IMG/VR virus record: IMGVR_UViG_3300042695_002264
Location: 1-64,000 of that record
Length of the DNA: 64,000 bases
Strand: one strand, 5' to 3'
From: a virus
The notes under the pieces are model-generated. The model was given only the letters and a program-made list of their open reading frames with translations, ran no database searches and was not told where the DNA came from. Within the stretch, counting starts at the first letter, position 1. Every line of letters begins with the position of its first letter. Shown here piece after piece: positions 15,582 to 24,947 of this stretch. A program made the position numbers and the translations under genes.

Positions 15582-15658
15582 GTATCCCCTTGAAAATCAA
15601 CGACTTACAACGCGGCGGCGGGCGCGCTCGCGTAAGTCCTTCATAATCAACAACTTAC
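15582..15658. repeat. 77-bp element copy 13 (core inverted; last copy)
   Basis: gtatccccttgaaaatcaacgacttac / aacgcggcggcgggcgcgctcgc / gtaagtccttcataatcaacaacttac. Confidence 0.9.
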
Positions 15659-15781
15659 GAATAAAATAGATTAAAAATGTAATATATAATAACTCATTAT
15701 TATTAATACTATGATAGGTCTACTTTCTTATATCTTATTCTTGACATTAGTCTATATTGGTGTATTATATCTAATGGGAAA

Positions 15782-15853
15782 GTCCTCGTAGTGAAGCGGT
15801 TATCACAGTTCCCTTTCACGGAACTATCACGGGTTCGAATCCCGTCGAGGATG
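15782..15853 (+). tRNA. tRNA-Glu(TTC)
   Basis: Acceptor gtcctcg/cgaggat; anticodon arm gttcc-ctTTCac-ggaac. Confidence 0.9.
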
Positions 15854-15905
15854 CATATTGCTATTTGGCTAGTGGCTATTTCGCAAATATGGTGTTCACA
15901 AATAT

Positions 15906-15996
15906 GGGTAGATGGCTGAGTTGGTCTAAGGCGCTCGACTTGAAATCGAGAGTGGGGGAAACTTCACCGTGGGTTCGAATCCTACTCTACCCGCCA
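15906..15996 (+). tRNA. tRNA-Ser(TGA)
   Basis: Anticodon arm ctcga-ctTGAaa-tcgag; long variable arm; GCCA end. Confidence 0.95.
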
Positions 15997-16013
15997 TTTC
16001 TTCTGTATAAACT

Positions 16014-16043
16014 AAAACTGGCGACCCCTTTCGAGATCGCCAG
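16014..16043 (-). terminator. terminator at the convergence of the + and - blocks
   Basis: ctggcgatc/ggtcgccag hairpin followed by TTTT on the - strand. Confidence 0.6.
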
Positions 16044-16233
16044 CTTAGATATGCAATAATAAACAAAAATAGAGTTTTTTTAACCCCAGCAACAGTATCC
16101 ACTCTGTCACTTTTTATATATTAAGCTTATTTGTTCTTCATGTCAACGGTTTATTTACCACCAGCTAGTGCTAATATTACAAGTATTAATACAGCTAATA
16201 GTATACAAAATTTACCACTATTATCTTTTTCGA

Positions 16234-16467
16234 TCATTTGTTTGCGAACTCCAGCAATTCCTTCCTTATTTGGAGACGACGCGTTGCACCGATTGGAGAT
16301 TCATCACTCTGCAGATCAGAGAAGTATTCTTTAATTAATACTTTCAATTTATCAATGTGATATTTATACGAATCAGTAAGATCTTTGACAGCACTCTCTA
16401 TTTCATCAACTTGGTCAATGGACCGTATAAGAGATTCGGTTGCGTATTCGATAGGGTCTTTTTTCAT
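16234..16467 (-). CDS. hypothetical protein
   Basis: 77-aa ORF in the - strand gene string. Confidence 0.65.
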   Translation of the reverse strand: MKKDPIEYATESLIRSIDQVDEIESAVKDLTDSYKYHIDKLKVLIKEYFSDLQSDESPIGATRRLQIRKELLEFANK

Positions 16468-16710
16468 ATTTATTTAGCTAACAATCCAACCAGATAAATG
16501 AACAGTAATCCTGTTACGATTATAATTAGGGCCAAGTATTTGTTTGTTTTGGGTTTCATATTATTGAATGAATTTAGCAACGAATACAAGAAATAGTCCG
16601 AATGCAAATCCCCATTTTAAAGCTCTGTTGTTTTCTGTGTCCATGATTTGTAATTTTTATAGGTTGTTTCATATGTTAGTAGGTATGGGTGTGTTTGTCA
16701 AGTTATGGGT

Positions 16711-16923
16711 TTAGAGATCTTCCTCCTCCAGAAGGAATTCAGGAATGTCCGCCTCTGCGGCATCAGGAGCGTCTACGATATCAATGGCATCGAAAAGCTC
16801 ATCATACTTTGCCATGTTCATGATATCTTCGTAGAAGCATTCCTTTGCGCGTTGTTCCATTTGGTCATCTCCAGAACGGATAACATATCCTAGATCTATT
16901 ACTAGTCGTTTGTATTTGCTCAT
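16711..16923 (-). CDS. acidic hypothetical protein
   Basis: 70-aa ORF. Confidence 0.7.
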   Translation of the reverse strand: MSKYKRLVIDLGYVIRSGDDQMEQRAKECFYEDIMNMAKYDELFDAIDIVDAPDAAEADIPEFLLEEEDL

Positions 16924-16929
16924 AAAATA

Positions 16930-17382
16930 TTATACCATGTTTCGGGCTTCGAAGCCAGTGAATTCACGATAGAATTGCCGCGCCTCACTCCAGTCTTCTT
17001 CATCTCCATCAGAGGAGAAAGAAAAAACTTCTGGACTGAAAAAGCTAGCGAATGTCAGCAACGCAAACGAAACCAAAAAATCATACGGTTTCCTTGCCGT
17101 CTTGCAAAAGTCGCGGCCACTTCCACCCCTGTTAAACCAGTGAATCGAAAACGTTTCATGACTCAGACCTTCCTTGTCATTGCCATTAAACCAGATTTCA
17201 GTCTCGTTGAAGACAGGTTTTCCAGCGCCCAATCCTCCACGAATTTTAATGTCTTTACGTTGATTACGAATCCACAAGTAGCAACGGCGAATTTGTCTAG
17301 AGGCTTCAAGAAACTTTTCGCGCAACTCTTCAGTGTCTTCAATTTTGTCTGGATTATAGGTCCAGTAATGTGTATATCCCAT
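16930..17382 (-). CDS. conserved phage protein (MGYTHYW...FCKTARKPYD family)
   Basis: Recurrent phage motif; function unknown. Confidence 0.8.
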   Translation of the reverse strand: MGYTHYWTYNPDKIEDTEELREKFLEASRQIRRCYLWIRNQRKDIKIRGGLGAGKPVFNETEIWFNGNDKEGLSHETFSIHWFNRGGSGRDFCKTARKPYDFLVSFALLTFASFFSPEVFSFSSDGDEEDWSEARQFYREFTGFEARNMV

Positions 17383-17788
17383 ATTATTTTTTCCTTTCGA
17401 TTAGTTCACCTATCAGAAACATTCCCATAAACAGGGAATACATAATCATAATTAATATTGAAATGAATCTATGCATGGATATCACAGTATTTTACTTCAA
17501 GTTTCTCAAACTGTCTACACAATTCTTGGGCGGTCTCACTTTCGCCACCTGAATACTCTTCGGCCAGATAGAGTGCTTCGCCAGCAATCTCCATAGCCTT
17601 ATCTAATAGTTTAATAATTTCGTTCTTATTCATTTGGGTATTGTTCTACTTTGATTTTGTTGTTATGATATTTACCTAACACTTTGACGAACTCTTCATA
17701 GCTCATGCCGAGATCCGCCTCGATGTGATCGTCCCATGATGCAAACAAATAGCACAGGGCATAATCGATCACAAAATTTAGTTTTTTA

Positions 17789-18286
17789 TCAGATATTTTC
17801 ATCTGACCATTCCTCCTCTTCATCAATCATTAGATCTTTTTTTAGATGTTCGGGCGCATCGGTGCGCGGCGAATAGCAGTTGTCCTCATAAGTTCCGTCT
17901 GGGTTAAACAAAGTTTCTCCACAGAAATCAACGCCAGGCTCATCATACATTAACCGCAACGGTTTTTTAATTTGTTTAGCAAGGGCAGCAATAACCGGAA
18001 CAGGAGGAGCCCATGCCGTATTAAACGAAATTCCGTCTTCGGTAACGTTACCATCGTAGGAACTCCACTTGGTTCCCCAGTTTTCTACGCACCAGTCATA
18101 CCAGTTTGGTTTGTCTGCAGGCGCTTCGGTTCCCTTGAGTTCGGGAGGCATGGGAAGGATCTTTTCGAAATCAAGAAACACTTCAGGCAAAGAGCTGTAA
18201 GCGCGCTTTGCGGTAGAAAAGTAATCCGAGATTAGTGAAACGTCTCCGTCTGGAGCCTCTAGGTAGTTGTAACAGTCATTAGGCAT
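17789..18286 (-). CDS. YubB/DUF1281-like ferredoxin-fold protein
   Basis: MPN.C.N...WYDWCVENWGTKW...FNTAWAPP...YDEPG..FCG. Confidence 0.8.
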   Translation of the reverse strand: MPNDCYNYLEAPDGDVSLISDYFSTAKRAYSSLPEVFLDFEKILPMPPELKGTEAPADKPNWYDWCVENWGTKWSSYDGNVTEDGISFNTAWAPPVPVIAALAKQIKKPLRLMYDEPGVDFCGETLFNPDGTYEDNCYSPRTDAPEHLKKDLMIDEEEEWSDENI

Positions 18287-18320
18287 AAGACCACCAATAT
18301 ACTACAACCTGCAGAATTTG

Positions 18321-19220
18321 TCAAGTGGCGTAAAGAGTTTTCCCAGAAATAAATAACAAAATTGATTTTTCTTTCATTTTAGCTTCGACCTCTACATCGT
18401 ATGGAGTTACCGGCATGGCATCCACATAGTCGCTATGCGCTGGATCAGTTGTTGACTTACGACCCTCGCTATAGTGCTGGACAGGATCATTATTTGGCCA
18501 AGTCGAAGCAGCTAATTGAACAGCATCTTGAACTGATACATCTTTATCAGGATTCAAGTTGTAATGATGATAATCAAATGTTATTGGCGTATTTGGGAAG
18601 TGCGTATTAATATTTTTTGGCGTCCAATAATTCGCCTGCTCGTTCTCAAAGACTAATCTATTAATTACACTTGGAGAAAGTCGGGATAAAGAATTATATA
18701 CATCATCTACTATTTTTTCTGCACTCTTGCCATTACTCAAGTGTATGTTAATCGGACAAGAATAATTTTGTGGTAATCCAATAAGATCAAGCAGCTGACC
18801 ATGGTATTCAAGATTCTTGATTGAATTATTTCGCGTATCTTCATTCGCAGATCCAATGCTAACGAATTGCCCAGGGTGTATTGTGAAACGCCCACGACGC
18901 TCAAGATATTCTTGAACCATCTTACGCACAGGACCAAGCACACCATAATTTTTAATGTTATTACGCCAATCTTCCCAAAGATATCCCCACTCTTCATGAT
19001 CAGCAAAAGGAACAAGATCGCTACTAATACGATACAGCCATATATTATTTTGAATGTTCCAATTGATTATTTTATAAAGCAACGTGAAATTGTGTTCGAC
19101 TATCTCGCGCCACTTGGCCTCAACATCCTCGCGCTTGTTACGATTCGCCCACGCGAGCGTCATTGTCCTGAACTTTTCGCCAATCGTTAGATTGATACAG
19201 CAATATCCAATACGATGCAT
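18321..19220 (-). CDS. uvsE: UV-damage endonuclease
   Basis: RIGYCCIN, YRISSDLVPF, HPGQF, FENE, FDYHH, QHYSE, HSDY, EAKMKE. Confidence 0.9.
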   Translation of the reverse strand: MHRIGYCCINLTIGEKFRTMTLAWANRNKREDVEAKWREIVEHNFTLLYKIINWNIQNNIWLYRISSDLVPFADHEEWGYLWEDWRNNIKNYGVLGPVRKMVQEYLERRGRFTIHPGQFVSIGSANEDTRNNSIKNLEYHGQLLDLIGLPQNYSCPINIHLSNGKSAEKIVDDVYNSLSRLSPSVINRLVFENEQANYWTPKNINTHFPNTPITFDYHHYNLNPDKDVSVQDAVQLAASTWPNNDPVQHYSEGRKSTTDPAHSDYVDAMPVTPYDVEVEAKMKEKSILLFISGKTLYAT

Positions 19221-19415
19221 TCCAATAGTCTACCTATATTTGCCAAAAGTGTCAAGGCAAGTATTTATATATATAAATACCGTACAGATCGATATCTAAT
19301 TATCAATTATTTGGCGTTGTATATTTCGCTTATTTGGATTCCTATATTTCGCTTAGTATATTTAGCTTATTTACATTCGCTTATTTCGCAAATTATAGTT
19401 CACAAATAATAAAAG

Positions 19416-19715
19416 TTATTTAAAATTATCTGGAGTAATAATATTGGATCCCTCTTCTTCGCCCACATTACCACCTTCAATACTCTTTGCAATCTCAGCT
19501 TTTAGTTCGTCATATTTTTCTTGAGTAATGACTGGCCAATGCTCTGCAGGAAAAGTTGATTCATAATAGTGACGAATAGCATCTTTATTTTGCTCGTCTT
19601 CAGTCCTATTTTCAAGAAATTCTTGTGCTTTTACCCTGGCCATATCTTCGTTTTCAGCCTCTACTTCGATGATATTTGAGAAAATGCTGCTCACTTTTAC
19701 AACGTATTTATTCAT
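19416..19715 (-). CDS. hypothetical protein
   Basis: 99 aa; IEVEAENEDMA motif; TTGACA promoter upstream. Confidence 0.75.
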   Translation of the reverse strand: MNKYVVKVSSIFSNIIEVEAENEDMARVKAQEFLENRTEDEQNKDAIRHYYESTFPAEHWPVITQEKYDELKAEIAKSIEGGNVGEEEGSNIITPDNFK

Positions 19716-19905
19716 AAGAGCCTATTATAACAGTATTAATACATATGTCAAATATTATTTATTTAGCCCGGATTATTTCGCAAATTCTTGTTCGCTTATT
19801 TTGATAATCCGTTCTCACAAATTCGTGGCATTATTATTTTAAATTAATTTTTATTCTGTAAACAAAACACACTATTTATTTATCTAAAATGTGTAATAAT
19901 TATTA

Positions 19906-20376
19906 ATGAATACAATTTTTAATGTTGATAACCAAATTGATCGCGTGATTGACCGCCAGCTGGATAGAACTGATATGGAATTTACAGCAATTACGAAAAG
20001 AAGCCGAGTGTTTGTTATACCATATACTGGACCAGTCTATGCGCCGCTTCCAATAGTTGGATTGCCAAATATTACCCTTGCTACAACAGAGGTTGTGCAA
20101 GTAAGTAATTATTCATTATTAAATGGTACTTACACAAAAGGTTATGATATTGATCTTGGTTATTATTTTATTCGTGATGATGGACAATACTATTTTTGGT
20201 GGAATAGCGGGCTTGGTGGTACTCAAGCAGTTTGGCAAATGGAATCACTATCAACTTATGAAATAGTTGCTGAAGTATCACAACCAAATAATGGTGATAT
20301 TATTCCAGCTGAAGGATGGTATATACCAGGGGCAGTAGCGCAACCAATTCCATTACAAATTACATTTCTCGGATAA
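19906..20376 (+). CDS. hypothetical beta-rich protein
   Basis: 156-aa ORF with GTGTAA upstream. Confidence 0.65.
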   Translation: MNTIFNVDNQIDRVIDRQLDRTDMEFTAITKRSRVFVIPYTGPVYAPLPIVGLPNITLATTEVVQVSNYSLLNGTYTKGYDIDLGYYFIRDDGQYYFWWNSGLGGTQAVWQMESLSTYEIVAEVSQPNNGDIIPAEGWYIPGAVAQPIPLQITFLG

Positions 20377-20481
20377 ATTTTAATAATAATTAATTTTTAT
20401 TTATTATTATAGATTATTGCTTATTTAGCAGGATCTCGTTCCTTTATTTCCGATCTTGTTATTCCCTAATATAGGAATCTA

Positions 20482-20880
20482 TTATCGAAATGGATTCGGT
20501 TCATCAGGCCCAACAATAACTGGCTGAGACCAACCAGGCGGTGGCCATCCAGGTGGGCCTCCAATTGGCAACGAGTAATCGGGACAACAACTTCTGCCAT
20601 TTTCCATAGTACAATAACCATTTTCTGACCAATTAATAGTCTCGGTTTCATCGTATGTATAAGTATAAACACACCCGTCTGAATACATTGTGCAGCTCCA
20701 ACTATAAGTAATTAGCTGTTGATAGTGATACACATTCATTTTGCCTGGACAACTCACATTAGTCTGCCATCCAGTATCAACATATTCGCATGTAAAATCG
20801 CTCATGCAATCTTGTTGTGTTGTATTAACAAGCTCTTTTGGCCCCTTCGTGGTATTTGTAAGAACACAATCAACGTTCAT
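20482..20880 (-). CDS. Cys/Pro-rich hypothetical protein
   Basis: 132 aa with many Cys and a GPPGWPPPGW tail. Confidence 0.55.
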   Translation of the reverse strand: MNVDCVLTNTTKGPKELVNTTQQDCMSDFTCEYVDTGWQTNVSCPGKMNVYHYQQLITYSWSCTMYSDGCVYTYTYDETETINWSENGYCTMENGRSCCPDYSLPIGGPPGWPPPGWSQPVIVGPDEPNPFR

Positions 20881-21462
20881 AGCTATAAATTACATTTAAT
20901 AGTAAAAATTTTCATTATTTCCGCTTTTGCATTTCGCATATATACTAGTATAACATAGTAAAAATACCCACCTATAATTTTAATTCATTTTAATTATAGC
21001 TGGTATAATTTTAATTAGTTTTAATTAGTTTTTATTATTTTCTGGTCTTGATTTCGGTTATAGATTGTGGTAGTAGTAATAGAAGACAGGGGAAAATATA
21101 TTTATTGATTAAAATAATTACACTGTTATTTTATTATTTATAAAAAGGAATCCTCTAATCATTATATTTAATTCATTTTAATTATTCCTTATTCCTTATT
21201 TCTATCTATGTTATTAGCGTATAGAAAAGATCTATTAACAGAGTAAAGTGGTGTTATGTGGGTGGTGGTTTAGGTGGTTTAGGGTGTGTTGTTGTGGGGA
21301 GGTGTGGGTAAGAGTGGGGCGTAAATAAAAGAAAGCCGTTCTTAACCATATAAAACCCTCTTTTATATACTATAGGGGGTGTTCAGTAAGCAATAGAAAG
21401 ATTATTTAAAAAAATAATAATTCTTTTTGTTACTGTGAATAACCATTGTAATATATAAGGAT

Positions 21463-21858
21463 ATGAGAAGGGACGCCACAATGAAGTTACTGAGGGAAGT
21501 CTGTAAGGAATACAGGGTGAGGGTTCGTTTTGTTAAATTGCCAGGGCTTGATGGTGAGTGTTCACATGATGGCAAGGTTATATTTATAAATAAAAATCGT
21601 TCATGTGCAGTCATGGCATCGGCTGTGTTTCATGAACTTGGTCACGCATATTGTATTCGTAATGGTATTTGGAGATTATTTCATAAGAGCATAACTTATC
21701 CTCCTATGAAGTCTTTTATCATCGAAAATTGGGTTGAATGGTGGGCCAAACGCGAATGGGACGCCCAAGGTATGCGCCGATTATTTGGTCACTACAAGTT
21801 TGTTTATTTAAAGCGCGACAAAAAACAACTGATCAAATGGATAAAAAAAGTCTATTGA
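21463..21858 (+). CDS. IrrE/ImmA-like metallopeptidase
   Basis: LDG....IFIN...AVFHELGH. Confidence 0.65.
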   Translation: MRRDATMKLLREVCKEYRVRVRFVKLPGLDGECSHDGKVIFINKNRSCAVMASAVFHELGHAYCIRNGIWRLFHKSITYPPMKSFIIENWVEWWAKREWDAQGMRRLFGHYKFVYLKRDKKQLIKWIKKVY

Positions 21859-22035
21859 GATTCGTTTAAAATCTCTTTTAACCTATCGATTATTTTGTTT
21901 ATACTATCTATCTCAATTTCTTTCTCTCTATCATCAATATGGCTCATTTGCTTGGTGCGCTCAATATCGTCATGTAGCATGGCAAGATAGTCAAGATATT
22001 CCTGTTTCTTTTCTGGACTCATATAGTATTAAAAA

Positions 22036-22434
22036 TTAAATTTTATTAAAGAACCGCGCTGTAGTATTGTTCTCATCTTGCCCATGATCTACGAGCAATA
22101 CTTCAATTCCAGCCATAGTCAGTAAGGTGCAAGTCTCTACATGATCATCAATATGTAGTGAACTATTTAACTTTTTAATAAATTCTGTTTTTGTCTTTCC
22201 TTCTGTGCATACCACGCTTTTAATTTTAATCCCATGGCCTTTACAAAAATTGAGAACTTCTTGTTTGTTTGAATGATTACGGAATGTTACGATATGAACT
22301 TCATAACCTTCATCAATTTTAGATTTGACAAAGTTAATAACACGAAGAATAGGACTCAATGAAGTTCCGTCCCAAGCAGTAAAAACTGTTGCGGCAAGCG
22401 TATCATCAAAATCAACTGTTAATACTTTATTCAT
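22036..22434 (-). CDS. HAD-family phosphatase
   Basis: DFDDTL, IVTFR, K..., HIDD. Confidence 0.85.
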   Translation of the reverse strand: MNKVLTVDFDDTLAATVFTAWDGTSLSPILRVINFVKSKIDEGYEVHIVTFRNHSNKQEVLNFCKGHGIKIKSVVCTEGKTKTEFIKKLNSSLHIDDHVETCTLLTMAGIEVLLVDHGQDENNTTARFFNKI

Positions 22435-22819
22435 CCCACAAGAATACTACATTTTCATACTTACTCAAGTTATATTCAAGGCCACTTTTAATTACAAGCT
22501 CCCATATCTTGTAACGATTAGCCAACCCACCACCAAGCTGTGAAACGTAGAATGTTTTATTTTTATCCTTTTTAATATCATTCTCAAGATACATGAGTTC
22601 GCGCTTGAAGACATCTCGGTATTCGTGAACGCCATAAAAAGAATCACTATCATTGCTTGGATATTTTTTAGTAATAAATCCATAGGCTTGAGGGTGGTCA
22701 CGCAAAATGGCCGCGCCTCCATAACCCTTATGAACAAGATTGTCACCAAAAACAAAGACGGCACTCTCATTCTCATTGAGAAACTCTCTTGTCATTATAA
22801 AATTATCGTATTTTGCCAT
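22427..22819 (-). CDS. conserved phage protein (VFVFGDN..G.GGAA family, macro-like fold)
   Basis: VFVFGDNL..KGYGGAA...YG.ITK...LGGGLA. Confidence 0.7.
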   Translation of the reverse strand: MAKYDNFIMTREFLNENESAVFVFGDNLVHKGYGGAAILRDHPQAYGFITKKYPSNDSDSFYGVHEYRDVFKRELMYLENDIKKDKNKTFYVSQLGGGLANRYKIWELVIKSGLEYNLSKYENVVFLWDE

Positions 22820-22822
22820 AGT

Positions 22823-23119
22823 TTATCCCATTCCGTAATTAATTGTTCCCTTAAATTGTTCGGGCTTGTCTTCCAATTCAACCCAAGAATTGGTATCGTG
22901 ATCGGCTACAAACCAAGTTTCAGCCCCGAAACTCATCGCATAAATGCCAGATTCAAATTTCTCTATGACTAAATATTTAAATAGCCCACCTTCATCTAAT
23001 CCATTGATACCATACTTATTTATTTGATTTAATGCGTCTTGATATGAATAGAAATAGCCTACACAGCGACAATGGCCGCGCTCTGGAACTGCTGTTACTG
23101 TGTAGATCAAACCGCTCAT
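22823..23119 (-). CDS. hypothetical protein
   Basis: 98 aa, coupled. Confidence 0.7.
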   Translation of the reverse strand: MSGLIYTVTAVPERGHCRCVGYFYSYQDALNQINKYGINGLDEGGLFKYLVIEKFESGIYAMSFGAETWFVADHDTNSWVELEDKPEQFKGTINYGMG

Positions 23120-23317
23120 TCTTTATATTTTTTCTTTACCAACTCCTTGAGCTTTGATAGCATTTTTAAAATTTCTTCATTTGTTTTGCGATTATCATAG
23201 AACCTGTCGAGGCACTCATCGGTCAACTGGTCAATCTTTTCAATCACATCTTTCATCCAAACAGAATAAGGAATGTAATCTTTTACTTTTTTATTTTTTT
23301 GTTTTTCGGCGGTCATA

Positions 23318-24316
23318 TTAATCTTTATAATTTCTATTAATGATTTTAAAACTCAATGGGCGACCATTGCCAGCACTATGATATTCCAATGGGCGCACAA
23401 CGATACCTTCGGCTGGCTCACCACTTGGTAAAATCTGTTTGTCAGCCAAATCTTGAAGATAATCAGCAGTAATTTTAGTTTCGGTAGTATCAAAATTCTC
23501 AACGTGTCGCACATATTTACAGCCAAAAGTATTACGGCATTCAAAAACCATTTCAATATAAGGGTAAAAAGCATTTTCATAGCTTATTTGAAACACATAA
23601 AGTTCTGGTTCGATCAGCTTGAGTTGATTGCCTTGAATTCCTGGCCCCATCAACTCGCCTTGAATAACATAGCGGCCACGAACACACTTGCTCAAATCAA
23701 GTTTACGAGCGGCTTTCCAAAAACTATTTTCTTCGGTTTCTTTTAAAGCCAGACGGCGACTGCAAACATATTTGATTTCACGATCTTGTATAATGATAGT
23801 GCAGGAACTACCATCAAGCTTTTCGGTAACAGTAATCCATTTGCTTTTGAGAACCTCATCCATTAATTCTGGATTTGAAAGTCCATTATCTTCATCAGTT
23901 TGGGCGCAAAGATAGGTTGGAAATCCACCCAATACTTCACCGGATAATTGAGCGGGGATTTCTTTTTCGTACTTTTTAATACCAAGTGCGCCACTAACAT
24001 CAGCGCCTTCATGCCAGCCTTGAACATTTTCTGGCAGAACAGAAAGCGGAAGAACAAGACCTTGAGAATAAAAAGCACGAAGTTTTGCAGTTTTTAAACG
24101 AATAGGGGATTCTGGATTTTTTTTATCAGCAAGAAATTCACTCCAAGGAGCTTTGGGTAGTATAGTGTCAATTACAACAAAGACAACTTTATCACCTTTC
24201 TTAAACTCGTCACGTTTTGTAATGACTTGCCAGCCAAGAACTTTGACAATATCCAACTTGTCCGCATTGGGATGATGAATACGATCAGTTATAGTCTCTA
24301 TTGAAGCCAGCTTCAT
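23318..24316 (-). CDS. RNA ligase (DRB0094-like, N-terminal OB domain)
   Basis: PNADKL..V.GW.V; EKLDGSS; QGEL.GPGIQGN; EGIV.R; FK.IN. Confidence 0.9.
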   Translation of the reverse strand: MKLASIETITDRIHHPNADKLDIVKVLGWQVITKRDEFKKGDKVVFVVIDTILPKAPWSEFLADKKNPESPIRLKTAKLRAFYSQGLVLPLSVLPENVQGWHEGADVSGALGIKKYEKEIPAQLSGEVLGGFPTYLCAQTDEDNGLSNPELMDEVLKSKWITVTEKLDGSSCTIIIQDREIKYVCSRRLALKETEENSFWKAARKLDLSKCVRGRYVIQGELMGPGIQGNQLKLIEPELYVFQISYENAFYPYIEMVFECRNTFGCKYVRHVENFDTTETKITADYLQDLADKQILPSGEPAEGIVVRPLEYHSAGNGRPLSFKIINRNYKD

Positions 24317-24684
24317 AATTGATCTACTAGCTTATCAAAATTTTCACCACTTCGCAAGTTTTTTAAATACAATTCTTTTATTTCTCGTAGATTTAATCGG
24401 CGCAATTTTTCATAGCGATCATGTCCAATTTTGTATTCATCGCGCTCTTGTTCTAATTTTTTATTCATCCTATCCAAATCTTCATTTGCAACAATGAGAA
24501 CATGATTGTGAAGTTCAAGAGCACTAATTTTATCAAACAATTCTTGAATTTCTTTGCAAATCTTCTTAAAAGTTTCTGATTCTGTGGGCGGTTCTTCCTT
24601 TAGAGCCGTATCCAAAGGAACAGTTTTACCTTCTTCAATATCTTTTACGGCTTTATCAAAAGATTCTGGTATATTTTTATTCAT
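24313..24684 (-). CDS. coiled-coil hypothetical protein
   Basis: Probable start MNKNIPESF within the track ORF. Confidence 0.6.
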   Translation of the reverse strand: MNKNIPESFDKAVKDIEEGKTVPLDTALKEEPPTESETFKKICKEIQELFDKISALELHNHVLIVANEDLDRMNKKLEQERDEYKIGHDRYEKLRRLNLREIKELYLKNLRSGENFDKLVDQL

Positions 24685-24686
24685 AA

Positions 24687-24947
24687 TTAAATCTCCCAAG
24701 TTGTCCAGCTTACAGTATCTCCACACTGATCGCAAGGTTCTTTATCATATTTGTGATCGTCGCACTCAAACATTTCAACAATATCTTGTAGGCCAATATC
24801 TTCTTTTTCAAAAGCTAACCAAATTTTTTCCATTAGATCATCCAATATTTCATATTGTTTGTCCTTGGAAAGATCGTCAATTGGCTCGCCGTCAACAGTG
24901 AAACCATATGCCGTGCAACCTTCTGTTTTGACAAATTTATGTTTCAT
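24687..24947 (-). CDS. hypothetical protein with C-terminal CxxC
   Basis: CDQCGD. Confidence 0.7.
   Translation of the reverse strand: MKHKFVKTEGCTAYGFTVDGEPIDDLSKDKQYEILDDLMEKIWLAFEKEDIGLQDIVEMFECDDHKYDKEPCDQCGDTVSWTTWEI

Noticed and set aside
309-15658. 77-bp elements as CRISPR mini-arrays (repeat-spacer-repeat)
   Set aside because: The 23-bp middles resemble one another rather than being unique, the arms are too degenerate, and no cas genes are present in the window.
309-15658. Elements as XerCD dif/pdif sites or classical integron attC
   Set aside because: Arms are 12-3-12, not 11-6-11 with TTATGTTAAAT. There are no consistent RYYYAAC/GTTRRRY ends and no integrase is seen. The analogy is architectural only.
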